A stretch of DNA of 64,000 bases from Camelus ferus (GCF_009834535.1 NC_045709.1:35154001-35218000); one strand, 5' to 3'. Shown: positions 1 through 13,045, counted from the stretch's first letter. Made by a program: numbers and translations. Notes: generated from the sequence alone by a model not told the origin.

Positions 1-324
1 TTCAAACACCCAAATTAGTGAGATTCTCCTGTACGTGTGGGTGTATATCCTGCACATAGAAACGATGAGCTCTTCTATATTAAGCATTTCAGAAGATGAA
101 GCAAGGATTACACAAGGTCTCCTTACTAAAGCTGAGGGACCAAGTTCACAGAACAGGACTTTGCTTGTCAGTTCTGACGGTAACATCATCATGCGTACAC
201 ACGTTTCCCCAAATCGGAATTACTATCAATGGGGACCAAGCCCATTCCATGGAAATCCTTTTGTCTGTACTCAAGTCCTCCCACAAGCCCCCGAACAAAA
301 TCCAATCAAAGTAAAAATGCAACA

Positions 325-635
325 GTTTCACTAAAGTATACTCTACATTCTATAAAATTCAATCACTGTAAGTGTTCAAGTCTGTGATTTTTAGTAACTG
401 TATAGCGGGCTGCCAACATTACCACAATCCAGTTCTAGAACATTTTAATCTCCCCTAAATGTTCCGTTAAGCCAGTATGCCGTTGGTTCCTGCTCCCACT
501 CCCGGCCCTAGACAACCACCCACCTTCTGCCTCTATAAACTACTTCGTATGGATGGAATCAACACAGAGCCATTTGGACCTGGCTTCCTTCACTTAGCAC
601 AATGCTTTTTGAGGTTCATACTTGTTGTGCATGCC
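325..635 (-). mobile_element. Old L1 (L1MB/ME-like) 3' end fragment
   Basis: Resembles L1M 3'UTR in antisense (aaattcaatcactgtaagtg...ttctagaacatttt...cttccttcacttagcacaatgcttttgaggttcat). Confidence 0.75.
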
Positions 636-1062
636 CCATCAAAGTAAATTTTATTGAGATTCCCTTTACAGTCAAAAGCCTGCTAACCAGAGTGCAAATC
701 CAAGGGAAATCGAAAACTCCACCAGGCCATCTGGTCACCTCCAGACTTGCAGCAGATACCGCACAGCCACCCCAGCTGGTTCTCAGCCCAGGAACTCCCC
801 AGATCGGGGCCCCTCTGGTACCTCTTTTTCTCTCATTTACCCAAGTGGGCTTTTCACTCCCTTCATCTCCACCGCTCTTGATTTCAAAATATCCACAGAT
901 GCAGATCGAAATATTCCTGCCTCCACCCAGGTCAGCATCACCCGGGCTGCCCGGCTCCCTCGCTCTCTAGAGAGGACAGATGTAGCCCACAACTGAGATC
1001 TAACTGTTCAGTTGTCGCCCCAATGAGATCTTGGAGACGTTTTTCCTTACTCTTCATCTTAC

Positions 1063-1077
1063 CTTTTCTCTATCTGC
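1063..1077 (-). CDS. Candidate 15-nt in-frame microexon (GCAGATAGAGAAAAG; ADREK in phase 0) of an unidentified host gene
   Basis: Minus strand reads gtgttgtctctcttccctgtcctccag|GCAGATAGAGAAAAG|gtaagat: strong pyrimidine tract with CAG, AAG|GTAAGA donor, length divisible by 3. Motif-only prediction. Confidence 0.5.
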
Positions 1078-3694
1078 CTGGAGGACAGGGAAGAGAGACA
1101 ACACTTGCCTGAGCATGCCCCTAATACATGGGGTTTGGTAAACTAGGTCTGCCCGTGGTTGGGGAAAAGTGGCTCACAGAAAGCAAAAGTGACTGTCTTT
1201 GGTGACTTGTGGCTGCAGTGGTTAAAAAAGGTGGTGGGAGAGGGCAAATGCAGCAACTGGGGAGTGAAGGAATGAATTTGAGACACAACTGATTTTCTCG
1301 AAACAGGCGAAATGACAAACCTAGATTGGCACTTGGTACTCACAGGAGAAGCTACAGAAGTGGCAGGAATAAAATTCTGTAAGTGCACTCACCCTGTTAT
1401 CCTGGAGGTGTGATGACGGTTTTCCATCAAAGAGTGGAATCACAGCTAACTGGCAGGGCCCCAGCTTTTGTGCCAGAAAAAAAAAAAAGTGGCAGCTGAA
1501 CCCAAACATGGAAATTCCTTTCTGCTTCCTGCTTCTCGGCAGGGGAGTTCAGGAGGTGCTCAGAGAGGGTCTGCATATGCCGTCAATATGGAGGTGTGTC
1601 TACAGTAAGTTTGCCTTAAAAGGCATGCAGCTTCCTTAGGGAAAATAATGTTCAGTCTGTGAATGTTAATGGCTAGAGCCAGGCTGATCTGTTCTGTTTG
1701 TGAAATCCAGTCACCCTAATTAACAAGGTTGCTCTGGGCAACCTCCCCGCCCTGGCCCCAGCTTTTGCTCAGAGGACAGTTTTCAGTTTCTGCTTTTTAA
1801 AGAGGTCTGAGCCATAGGCTACTGAGTACATGTGCACTTAAAACAAACAATAAAAACATGGGGTCCTTAAGCAGGTTAAGTCCCTCTGCATGGGTTTTCA
1901 ATGTACCACCATTTCTTGGCTTGGCCCCCACCCACCCCCAAAAAGCCTGCCAAAAGGTTTACACAATCATGTTAATTTATTCTGTTAAAACGCCTCTTCT
2001 TCAGGCATTTGCCCCTAGGAAGATTAAATGATACACTATAGTCCAGAAAACCGCTAAGCTTCTAACAATCCACGTCCCAGGAATGTACGGGAAAGATGGA
2101 AAAGTAAACAAACGCCAAGTTTCAAAATGACTGCCAGGAAAATTCTAAGTCAGAGAAGAAAATGAGCCACACGTTTTTCACGTGGCTTAGAAAGCCGACA
2201 CCTCCGTGTCCGTGGTGACTCGGGGTTTCTCACACACGCCAGCAGCTCCGCACAATAGAAGCTCTGTTTCCTTGAATCAGGCCCATCAGGCTTATCCCAG
2301 AAGCAAGCTCCTCCATCACTTCACCTAGAGAACTTTCAGATGGTAAATGAACCAAGCCCACAGGAGAGAAAAGGAGCATTGAGAAGGCACTGCCCCTCCC
2401 CCGGCTCCCTCCACAGGGAGTTTCCCAACCACAGAACCTTGACATTTTAAGTGGGTAATTCTTTGCTGCAGGGGTCTGCCCTGCACATTGCAGAATGACG
2501 GCAGCATCCCTGGCCTGTATGCACTCGATGCCATCAGAAGACAACCAAAACAGTCTTCAGACATTGCCAACTGGGCCCCCGTCGAGGACGAGGACCCCTG
2601 GTCTAGACCAACTACAGAATCATCCGTTTCAGGGCTGGAGAGACCCATGAGACCACCGAGGCCAAGCCCGACCATTCAGGAGTTCACGGAGTCCCTTACA
2701 GGGCACTGAGCCCCTACTTAGTGGCCGCACAGAGGAAGCCATGGTATCCAAGCAGGCCAACATGGCTGGAGAAGTCTTTTTTCAAAGAAATAACTATTTA
2801 GAGCATCATACATATTCAAAACCATCATTTGGTAAATAAAACAGTAGTAACAATGCTGTTCTGTCCTTCTCTTTATTTAAAGAAAAAGGATAGAAGGAAC
2901 AAGGAGAGTTGGCCCCACTAGGATGAGTTCTCCAGCTGCTAAGATGGCAGAGCTGATGCGGCCGTCATGCAAGAGGCACTGTCAGAACATTTACAGGCTC
3001 CACTTCGAATATGCTTTAAAAAATACTCTTTTATAGAATATAAAAATCCCCCCTGGGAATCAACCCACTCAAAATAGAATTTAATGCACACACATCCTGG
3101 ATGCTCCACTGAAAGGGACCCCAAGCATCTGCCCAACCCCCTTCACTGCCATTCAAAGAACAGCCTATTAAAAATAAGATAACGATGTGGTTTGGATAAT
3201 GACCACCAAAACTGGAGAGTCACAGGGTCCACACAGGTGGACCAGGACCCTAAGAATATGTTCCCAGTGACTGCCCAGTGACTTGCAGGAAGGCCTGGTG
3301 CCATCACCAAACCCGTAGGGCGGCACAGACCACTCTCCCATCACACCCGCACATGCTAACCTAAGACCTACTTCCTCTTTGCCTAAGTAAATACCTTCAT
3401 CCAGATCCAGTGCTCTCGGGGCAAGGGTGTGGGCAGAATCTGAGTTTGGTGGGGTTCTTGCCATACTTCAGGGACCTGGAGGGAGTTTGTCAGTAAGTTC
3501 TTAAAAGATCATTTGGGGGAACATTAGAGAGTATTCAAAGGTGAAATCAGAAGAAAAGAGGGAATTTTCAATGTTCCTGTAGCATTTAAGTCTCAATTGA
3601 TTAGCACAATACACCTGAAGTAGCAGATAATCTGGGGAGCCCAAAGCAAGCAAAGACAGACAGAGAAGAACTATTTAAAAATAATAAAGTGCTT

Positions 3695-3787
3695 GTGGGG
3701 TGGTCGGTAACAGCTCAGTGCTAGAGTGTGTGCTTAGCATGCACAAGGTCCTGGGTTCTATCCTCAGTACCCTCATTAAGTTTTTTA
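3695..3787 (+). mobile_element. tRNA-derived camelid SINE (Vic-1-like), short form
   Basis: A box cagctcagtg, degenerate B box gggttctatcc; TSD aaaaataataaag at 3677-3689 and 3788-3800. Confidence 0.9.
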
Positions 3788-5189
3788 AAAAATAATAAAG
3801 AGCCAGAATCAAACACACAGTTTTTAAAGTTGCAATGATGTCAGCACTCTTTTTGCACATGGAGTCATGTTTTATAGCCACACTGCTCCACCAAACAACT
3901 TTTTGTTACTATTTATCATCTTAAACTTTCAAAGAGAAAATAATTAAAGATTTACATTTTTGGCTAAGACTCCTCATAAAAGAAAAAGAAAGAAGGAAAG
4001 AAGGAAGCATCTTCCGTGTAGAGTTCTTGTAACCAGTGAATTCTGGTATCCAAGCAGATTACTGGAGTTAAGACTTAAATGTAATTCTTTTGGATGAGAC
4101 CATATCTTTATTAACATTTTTCCTTCTTTAGGAACTATGCTGTCCCCCCAGGGGCATGACTCTACACACAGCATTCAAAGCTGCCGAGTTCTCTGTAGAA
4201 CAGGCCAAGGGAGAAATCATTTGCACACATAATGTCCAACTCCTCCCTTCAATAGGCGGCCCCTGTGTTTTCATACACTTCACCTGCTGGGATCAAGCTT
4301 TCAAAGGGAGCTGGCCAGGGCATGCTTTTGTGTCTTTTGGCTGGTAATGGTTTCCTTCTTCTCAATGCACGGCAGAGATGGTGTGAAGAGAAAAGGCTGC
4401 TTTTAGCAAAGGTCAGTATTAACAGGATGTCCTATTCAGGGAAAGATGGACATCAGAATTTTCTAACAACAGTCAACTATGCAGAGTAGAATTTCTTTCC
4501 CTTCTTTTCACTTTCTTTGGGTTCCATCTTTTTTAAAGACAGAAACAGGTATGCCTTTCTTACTCAGAATTAAAATCAATGAATTTTTAAAAAATAAAGC
4601 AGAATTGGTATTTTCTGAAGTCGTGAATTGCGACAGTTGTCGTGCCTGGGCCTGCTCACTGAGCTCCCAACCGAAGCCCCGTCTTCCCATCCCATCCCTC
4701 CAGCCAGATGGCATCCAAGCAGGACGCCTCTGCATTTGGCAACTCACCCCACCTACAACGTGGTAGCCTCACTGAGCACAAAGTCTGAAAACTCTAATAC
4801 AGACACAGAACCAGAGAATTAATAAATGTCTGATGAAGGAGATTCCGAGTGAAAGGCCAACAGCATCAACACACAGATAAAAACGAAACGAGGAGTTTGC
4901 TGTATTACTGGGGACAGCTGGCAGAACTCACAATAATTGAAAACCATGGGTAAATCTCACAGAATTAAGCTGATGTTTGCATCCTAACCAAATCTTTCAC
5001 ACCAGCTCATGGTACCAAAAGAAACACCAAGTGCAGGTCCATGAAAGGTTCTACCTACCACTTTGGGAACCGTGTTTTCCAGGCCAGCCAGTTAAATTTG
5101 ACGGCTGTTTCTGGAGCCCCATCTCTGTGCAGCCCCATCTCCGGTGCAATCCTCATACCGTGCAATAGGGACAGTCACCAAACTGCAGG

Positions 5190-5305
5190 ATGTTTAAACA
5201 TGAGCCACAGTTTCTTCATTTCTCTTTGGTAAAATGGGGATGATCCAGCCTCCTTTAAAATGGAAGTACATACAAAGTGCCTGGCATATGGTCAGTGTTC
5301 AGAAA
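5190..5305 (+). mobile_element. MIR fragment
   Basis: cagtttcttcatt...gtaaaatggggatgat...aaagtgcctggcatatggtcagtgttcag core. Confidence 0.65.
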
Positions 5306-5881
5306 GCTGGGTTACACCCAGGGCGACTGTGTCACACAACTCTGGGGTGGGGGGAGTTCCCATTACGGCCCTGCACGGCCTTACAAGGAGCTCCTGGGTC
5401 ATCCTTTTCCTAAACATCCTGCTTTGTGGTTCATCTCATTTTCTACCTCTCTGCCCGTTCTCAGAAATGTCAAGGTCGAAATGCAAACACGTAGGACAAC
5501 AGCAAACAAGGTACAGGAGAACGGACAAGTTAGAACTGAGCTGGCTTCTGACGGAGATCTATGTCTGTCGAGATTAGAATAGATCTACCTTAATAGAGTT
5601 AGATCCTTCAAGATCTATTCAAGATCTATCTTTACCCCTCTAGGTACTACTGACAACTTCAAATAAACATAAGACAACATTTAATACTCGCATTTGTCTT
5701 GGAGGGGTGGCGGGAGGAAGCTCCACAGGACTCTTTCTGAGAATTTGATGAAAGAGGCCCCTTCCCCCAACATACACGTGTACCCCAAGTCTGCTTACAT
5801 TTCAGACAGTTCATTACCACATGTCCCTGCCCTGAGTCCCTCTCCCACAGCAGGAAGAGAATCAGGCAGAACTTCTTATAG

Positions 5882-5980
5882 TTTTTTATTCTTATTTTTT
5901 ATTGAAGTGCCGTCAATTTACCATGTTAGTTTCAGGTGTACAGCAAAGCGATTCAATTATACACATACATACATAGTTCT
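5882..5980 (-). mobile_element. Artiodactyl-type L1 3' tip
   Basis: T-rich tail then attgaagtg...ttagtttcaggtgtacagcaaagcgattc, antisense copy of the 3' end seen at 29300, 46950 and 54000. Confidence 0.8.
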
Positions 5981-6659
5981 TATGATTTAAGTATGGAACA
6001 AGCTGACTTTTTAAGGTGACTGTACACATAGCTGGCTGCCGTCCCAATAACTCTCTCTCTAGGTTGTGTTAAAATTCCAAAGAACAAAATAGCATGAAGA
6101 AAGCCTGGGAAGTTTGTGCAGCCAGTCTCCGGTCCAAAAATGCCTGCTGCTCCTCCAAATAATTAAGCTATTACTTCATTTCTATTGCACACCTGCAACA
6201 TAATTGCTTCAAAAGACCACGCTCACAGATGGCTTTGAGAGACATAAGTCCGCATAATAAAAGTTCACGGGCGGCTCGGTTATTTGGACAAGGTTTTGGG
6301 ATTACGGAGATGCTGCCCAAGGCAAACACATCATCTAATTAGCTCCAATTGATTAGCTGAGCTGCACTTGGCGGTGGACCAAGGGGGCGGGCTATCCCAC
6401 ATCCTGTCCTTCCGGGGGGATGGTGGGGCTGCTGCATCACCTGGAGGGCAACTAGACCGCGTTCTCAACAGTAAATAAAGCACAACGTCCCACATTCTGG
6501 CTGGAAGAGGAGTGCAGTCTACAGAAAGGTGGCAGATGAATATCCATGTGCTGTCGTTTAAAGATCAGAACCAGTAATAACCACAAACCACTTTGACTGG
6601 TGTATACAGTTGACAAGCACTTTAGCACGGCTCAGACCTCGGACAAGGAAAGGCAGACG

Positions 6660-6900
6660 GCTCTGCCCATCCACTCATCCATTAGGCAAGTGCTTTTTGA
6701 ACACAGACTGTGCTGTGTGTGGAGGACACAAGTGGACAGAGGTGGTCCCAGTCTTCAAAAGCCACAGACACGTAGGAGAAGAGGGCCAAGTCTGCCTTGA
6801 GGAGAAGGAGGGTTTTCACAAGGGAAGGGACACTACATCTGATTCTTAGGGGGAAAACAATTTTGTGCAGAGAGCCTGAGGAAATAGCAATCAAGGCAGA
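6660..6900 (-). mobile_element. L2 fragment
   Basis: cactcatccattaggcaagtgctttttgaacacagactgtg...gtcccagtcttcaaaagc, antisense L2 3' end pattern. Confidence 0.55.
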
Positions 6901-7099
6901 AAGAACTGTGTGCAAATACAAAGGTACTGAAGTGAGAATGGGACTGTCCCAGGTGTGCCGGGAGCCCGGGGAGCCAGGAGAAAGGAGGGAGCGATGGGCG
7001 ATGAGGCTGGAGAAGTAGACAGGACAAATCCAGGAAGGTCTTCCCTGCAGGTGATAATGGGGTTTACAGACCTGAAGCCAAAGACAAAGATCTGCTGGA

Positions 7100-7290
7100 G
7101 CAGCTGTTCTCAAAGCAAGAAATGCATCAAGACTCCGCGGGGGAGCTTTTGTAAGTGTACTGATGCCCCGTCTGCTCACAAAGACTCTGGCTCAATTAGC
7201 CTGGTGTGGGACTCGGACATCAGTATTCTTTCAAAAAAGCCCCCCAGGGGAGTCTGTTGTGCAGTAGGTGCACACCAGCCTTGGGCTAGA
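7100..7290. mobile_element. MER5-like hAT-Charlie MITE
   Basis: cagctgttctcaaag...tgcatcaagactcc...gactctggctcaattagcctggtgtggg...catcagtattctt...cccccagggga. Confidence 0.65.
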
Positions 7291-10157
7291 AGTTAAGCAG
7301 CCACCTACGGTCATCCACGCTTGGGGCTCTCTCTTGGGCTTTGAATTGCAGCAATGATTTCCCTTTAATTTTGTGTATCAATTTTAAGAATGCAAAAAAA
7401 AATTTTTTTTAAGGATGGAGAGAAAAGGCTCCTAGAATGACACACACACCCATACCCCCATCTTCATTATGATATAAAAAATTTCCGCATGTGTTATTTG
7501 ATATGCAAAATGTCCTATTATTGCAGATGCTAACAAATCCAAACTGACCTTAGTTTCTTGATTATGTGTTTGGACTGCGTAAGAAAAAAATTCTGAAAAT
7601 CTCTTTATGCCTCAAACCATTCTCTAAGGCCATGATGCTTTGCTGAACAAGATCAAAAAGTCAAATAGGGTTCATGAACTGACTCATCAGCCAGCACAAG
7701 GTGCGGGGAGAGGCAGGCCTGGGAGCCGATGCTTATCGGAAGAGCATCAGTGCTTTCAAAGGTCATCTTATGGACAAACTAGATTTATAAGCAGAACAGG
7801 TAAAACAGAGGTTGTGATCCAGCAAACCTCCATAAGTCTAAATGGCTAGCACTCCCCAGGTAGCCAGGTCGGCAAACCTGGGTCACGTCTACCGCCCCTT
7901 AGACCTTCCCACATCCAGTAGGGCCACCACTCATGGACTGGCCCATTCTCTTTCAACACGGTTCTCACAGCCACCATGAATCAACTGAACTCAGCAATGG
8001 AATCCAAATCGATTTATGATTCCTGCCCTGTGATTTAATACGACTTTGAAAAGAGCCACTCACTAGGGCTACTTGGAAAGAATACCAATTTATATCAGGC
8101 AAGAACCCAAGACATTGATCCCTTTCATTCAAACTAACAATATGGCCTTTTAGAGAAAAAGAAGAGGACGCACAAAAAATGTTTGTGGATGTAAATATGT
8201 GGGGAAGAATGAAATGCTTTTCACTTCTGCCGGAAGAGGAAGAAGAAATAAGAAAAGAAAAAAAACCCCAAACAAACCTGAACTCCTAATAGCCTTTGAA
8301 CATACTCTCTCCAAAAGTTAGAATATCAGATTCACCTTCATGCCAAGGGTCAAGTTTGTATCGTTTCATTGTGACTTTCTCTGCAAAGACTCACAGAGAA
8401 GTGGTGAGGGTACCACTTTTACCTTGCCAGTTTTTTTTTCAAAATAAGATGACATCTAGAACAACTCAACCACATGACACGATACAAAGAAAGTTTATAA
8501 AAATATTACAATAATATTTATCAAAATTTGTTGGAGGCGTGATCAGTGATGACTGACCCTGTCAAGCCCTCTAAAGATCTGCCCTCTTTAAGTTCAGTGC
8601 TTTTGAAGTTTGCAGCTTGGCCGTTGCTCCTGACAAGCATGATGGGAATGTCACAGGGCTGTGCTTCCCACAGCCCTCACTGGGGGAGAGGCCAAGGGGC
8701 AAATGAGACTTACGGGAAGCAACCCTGGGGCCAGCATGATGCAGTTGGACATATGTGTTTATTCTGCCCTCTCAGGAAGGAAAAATGATCAGCATGTTGA
8801 GACGGCTCAGATCTGGGGGAAATGGCTCAAGCCTACAGTAGTTCCTACAAGATGGATTTCCAGCATACCTTGAGGGGTCATCACATTTATCTCACCGTCC
8901 TCAAAACATCTGGAAACCATGATCAAAGGATTCATTGACTCAATAGTGAATGTAAGCAAAAGATCTGGGTAAGCAAAGTGGCCGTCTTCATCAAACTACA
9001 CCCTATGGCCCCTCATGCCCCAAAGGCTGTCCAGTCCCCCTCTGGCCAGAAAGAGAACCTTCTCTGCTGACCCAAGCTACCCTGATCAATCCAAGCCCTG
9101 CCCTTCTCCAGGCTCCTCCTGTTACTGTTGGTCATTACAACACCCCCCCACAGCCCACCCGGCCTCACCCAACACACATTCTTGATAAGCTGCAAACTTA
9201 GAAATTTCAGTCACTTACACTGACTACGTTTCATGTTGTATTGACTGTGTCCCTGGGCCATTTGAAGCCGGCTTCCAAACCTTTCCGTGGGTGAGCTGCA
9301 TCACACCCGCAAGTTCTTCCATGGGCACTGGGGTCACCCAAGGCACGGAGCTGGGTACCTTAGGAGGGGTCCCTTTTCCTTAATGGTCCCGATTTGGAAA
9401 CCACTGTACCTGCTGTCAGGTGGCCTGGACTCACCTCCCCTGAAGTTATCACCTCGAGGCTCCTGGTGTACCTGGCAGCAGTGGTGTGAGGCAGCCCTGT
9501 GAGGAGGGGAACACTCCCCAGTCCCGGCCCCTCGCCCCCATCCTGCCCTCGCCGGCCCAGCCAGCTTAATAAACATTTATCCAGCAGGCCTGGCCGCTGC
9601 AAAGCACGATAACCACCCTTTGCCTGCTTTTCACACTAAAAAACAATTGACTCTATTTAAACGTAACTGATAAATTGGGCAATCATATGTCGGCCATCGA
9701 CAATCCAGTTAAGAAAAGATCCCTCCATCTGATTAGCTTTTATCAATCAGATGACAACACGTGTAGGATTTTAAAGATTCCCTTCCCCTCTGCGTCTACT
9801 TTTCTGCCTACGTCTTCGGACCCCATGGATTTAAACAAGTCCGTCACTTTCTGACTAAAACAGGTTATGTTTCTACTGAAGCGTCTTGCCAAGAAGCGGA
9901 GCGAGCACCGTTCCAACCTGGGTAATTAGTACTGTCTGCAACCAGGGTTACCAGTGAGAGAGGGGTCTGCTTCGAAGGATGAAAAACTCTGTCCTCACCA
10001 AGCACTCGCAGCACCACCAAGATCACGCCATTTCATAAGAATGGAGATTTTCTTCAAGCCTTTCAACACCTTCTACCCTCAGGCCTTGGGCCAATTCAGA
10101 CAACAAGCGAAATGTATGACGATTTCTTACCGATGGTCCTCATGTGACGTCCCAGAC

Positions 10158-10328
10158 CAGCACTGTCCAATACAGTATTCTACGACAAGGGAGATGTTCC
10201 CCATCTGAGCTAGCACGGACGGCTACTGAGCACCTGAAGATGGCAAGTGCAACTGTATCTTCCATTAGATTGAATTTAAATTTAAGCAGTCACACGTGGC
10301 TGGTGACCAGTGTATCGGACAGGGCACT
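10158..10328. mobile_element. MER3 hAT MITE
   Basis: cagcactgtccaata...gctactgagcacctgaagatggcaagtgcaact...aatttaaatttaagcagtcacacgtggctggtg...ggacagggc. Confidence 0.8.
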
Positions 10329-10494
10329 CCCAGACATTGAGATACATTTCTTGTTACCTTAGTAACATGTTTTGACAAAAATATGCACAGACTGTTCTCT
10401 TCCCCTCAGGGCTTTCCTACAAAGTACTTACCAGCATTTTCTATCACTTAGAGTCCCCATTCCCCTGACTGAAGAAAATGTTGAGTCAGTTGTG

Positions 10495-10632
10495 GGGGTG
10501 TGGGGGGGTGGTAGAGGGTATAGCTCGGTGGTAGAACACATGCTTATTACGCACGAGGTCCTGGGTTCAATCCCCAGTGCCTCCATTTAATACATAAATA
10601 AATACAGCCAAATTACACGCCCCCCCCAAAAG
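10495..10632 (+). mobile_element. Vic-1-like SINE, long form
   Basis: gagggtatagctcggtggtaga...gggttcaatccccagtgcctcc, then an A-rich segment and a C-rich 3' extension. Confidence 0.92.
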
Positions 10633-11559
10633 AATCAGTTCGATGGAAAAATGGGAGGTAGATTAAAACTTCAGGTTTCTACTTAATACTGATGCCGTAT
10701 ATTGAATCCAGCGATTTTCCTTCCCTCACCGGTGTGATCACTGGGCACTCTTCCAATTATCCACAGTGTGTAGGATGCTTCCACCACCACACGCTCCGAG
10801 CACACACTGCACTTTGTTCAGGAACAGGAAGCATCAACAGCAAAGGCCTGACAGGGGAGGAGAATTGCGTTTTGCTTCCCACTCTTGGAAAAGCCTTTTC
10901 AGTGTCCGCCCACCCGAGTTTACAAGAGCCTCTTTGGAGAGCAAACTGGAGAACACAGGGGCGATTGTTCTCCGCAGCCACCCTCCTCCGACAAGGCTCG
11001 GTCCCAATGCTTTCAAAGACAATTGCACTCCGAGAAAATGCCACTGAATAACTGGGCCAAACTGTGTCCACTTGGAGTGTTTGCACAGACTGTTCTCAGA
11101 ATGACCAAGGAAGAGGTGGTGGGGTCACTGAGTGCCAAGGAGTTGAGACTTAGAGGCAATGTCCAGTAGTGGGCGGGGGGGGGGGGAGGACCTGGCTGTT
11201 GGGGAGGGGAACTTAGCAGGTGGGAGGTCCCAGAGAATTCCACTCAGGATGGGGATACAGAATCATGCTGAGTGTGAGGAATGCTCGTGCTAGTGTGCAA
11301 GGTGCCCGCTGGCAGAAACATGCCCACTGTGAGTCAGTTACCCTTCAAACCTGAAACCCGCCCATACAAGCTGCACTGAACACAGTTATGGTCAGAGAGC
11401 CCTGCCGGTGATGGGACGCTGTGGCCAATGCCACACACCCAAATCATCTAAAAAATGAGGCCGTTATAACATTGACTTACTCTCAGAGATGTACATCCTT
11501 TCAAACCAAATTCCTCTTGCCCAGAGCAAAGCAAACAGGTAAGATTCAGGGGCCAACTT

Positions 11560-12375
11560 CTTTTCCACATGCTTACTCCTTGGTCCTTCCCAGCTGGAAA
11601 CTTGGAGCTCCATTTTGCCACCTGCCCAGGCTTCACCCTAAAGTCATCCTCAGCACCTCTTACTCTCACACCTCCTCCCCAATTCTTAGCATATCCTCTC
11701 AGCTCTACCTTCGAAATCTACCCAGGACCCAACCACTAACTGCCACCATGGGTCTCCTGGGTGACCACAACAACTTTCCAATTGGCCTCCTCACCCAGCC
11801 ACTGCTGTCCGCTCAGCTCGGCAGCTGGGGTGGTCCCTGTACAAGGTCAAGCCAGATCATGCCACTCAGAATAAAACCTATACTCCTTCTCCTGGCTGAC
11901 CAGAACTCCCGGTTATTTCTCTGGGAGCCTCACTCCCGTTCCATCTCTTGCTCGTTCTATTCCAGCCACTGTGGCTGCCTTGCTGTTCCTCAAATGCACT
12001 GAACATGCTCCTGCCTCAGGACCTTTGCACATCCTCGTCTCCCTGAAATGACTTTCACCCCCCAAATGCAGGACTTGTTCTCTCAATTCCCGTAAGTCTC
12101 TGCTAAATGTCACTTCATCTGAGGGGCTTCCCTGACAAATTCTCAAATAAAATATGGATGTGCATACATCCACATCCACCACCACATCCATGCTTCTTTC
12201 TCCATTGCTTTTTTTTCTTAGAACTCAGTACTACCTGGCATATGATACATTTGATTCTGCTTCTTCCTCCACTGGAACACAGGTTCCATGGGGATGAGTA
12301 CTGTCTATTTGGGTCACCCTCTATCCCCGGGGCCTACCTGGCACACAGTTGGTGCTCAACTAATATCTGTAGCTT
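11560..12375 (+). mobile_element. L2 3' region
   Basis: ttccagccactgtggctgccttgctgttcctc...cctcaggacctttgcac...cctggcacacagttggtgctcaactaatatctg. Confidence 0.8.
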
Positions 12376-12526
12376 TTCTCTTTGAATATTTTGCTTCCAC
12401 CTTCGCAAAGCAGAGTTCTCGCAAAATGAGAGTCACGTGACAATGGTACCTATCAAATAAGCTATGGATCATAAAATCGCTATTTAATTTATACAAAGCA
12501 AATGAATTTAAAACAGTGTGGTTCTG

Positions 12527-12650
12527 AGGGGAGGGTACAGCTCAGTGGTAGAGTGTGCACCTAGCATGTACAAGGTCCTGGTTCAATCCCCAGTACCTCC
12601 GCCAAAATAAATAAATAAAGGTAATATTCCCGCCACCTCCAAAAAGTAAA
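12527..12650 (+). mobile_element. Vic-1-like SINE, long form
   Basis: ggggagggtacagctcagtggtagagtgtgcacctagcatgtacaaggtcctggttcaatccccagtacctcc; degenerate TSD ending ggttctg. Confidence 0.92.
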
Positions 12651-12919
12651 AACCCAATATGGTTCTGCATAACTGGATCTGGACTCAAATTTAGGTTCAC
12701 TATATCCTCATCTAGATCCTTCTCCGAAGCACTCCCTTGAATTCCCTTGAGTTCTCAAAGGGGAGGGCACATCTGTCTACATAAAAGGGTCGCATACTAA
12801 GTCATGAAAGTAAATGTGTGTGTGTCAAATACTTGCCCTTGTGTCAGGAAGCCTATTCAACCCTTAATTCCCTTCTCCTTTCCCACAAGCAAGGGGCTGT
12901 GTGCTCCCCCAGGCCGGCT

Positions 12920-13045
12920 CCTGACCTTGGTCCCCCTAGAAGGCTGTAAACTCCATGAAGACAGCAGACTTGTCCTTCAGGGTCACTGGTCCAGACCCAG
13001 GGCCAGGAACACTGCAGGGGCATCAGCGAATGTCTGCTGAGCAAT
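12920..13045 (+). mobile_element. L2 3' end
   Basis: ctagaaggctgtaaactccatgaagacagcagacttgtc...aatgtctgctgagcaatga. Confidence 0.65.

Noticed and set aside
4748-4784. 37-nt exon-like segment (DFVLSEATTL* in phase 1)
   Set aside because: Mediocre pyrimidine tract, not frame-preserving and no other support
11421-12002. Longest non-L1 ORF (193 aa)
   Set aside because: Mostly overlaps decayed L2 sequence and shows no recognisable domain
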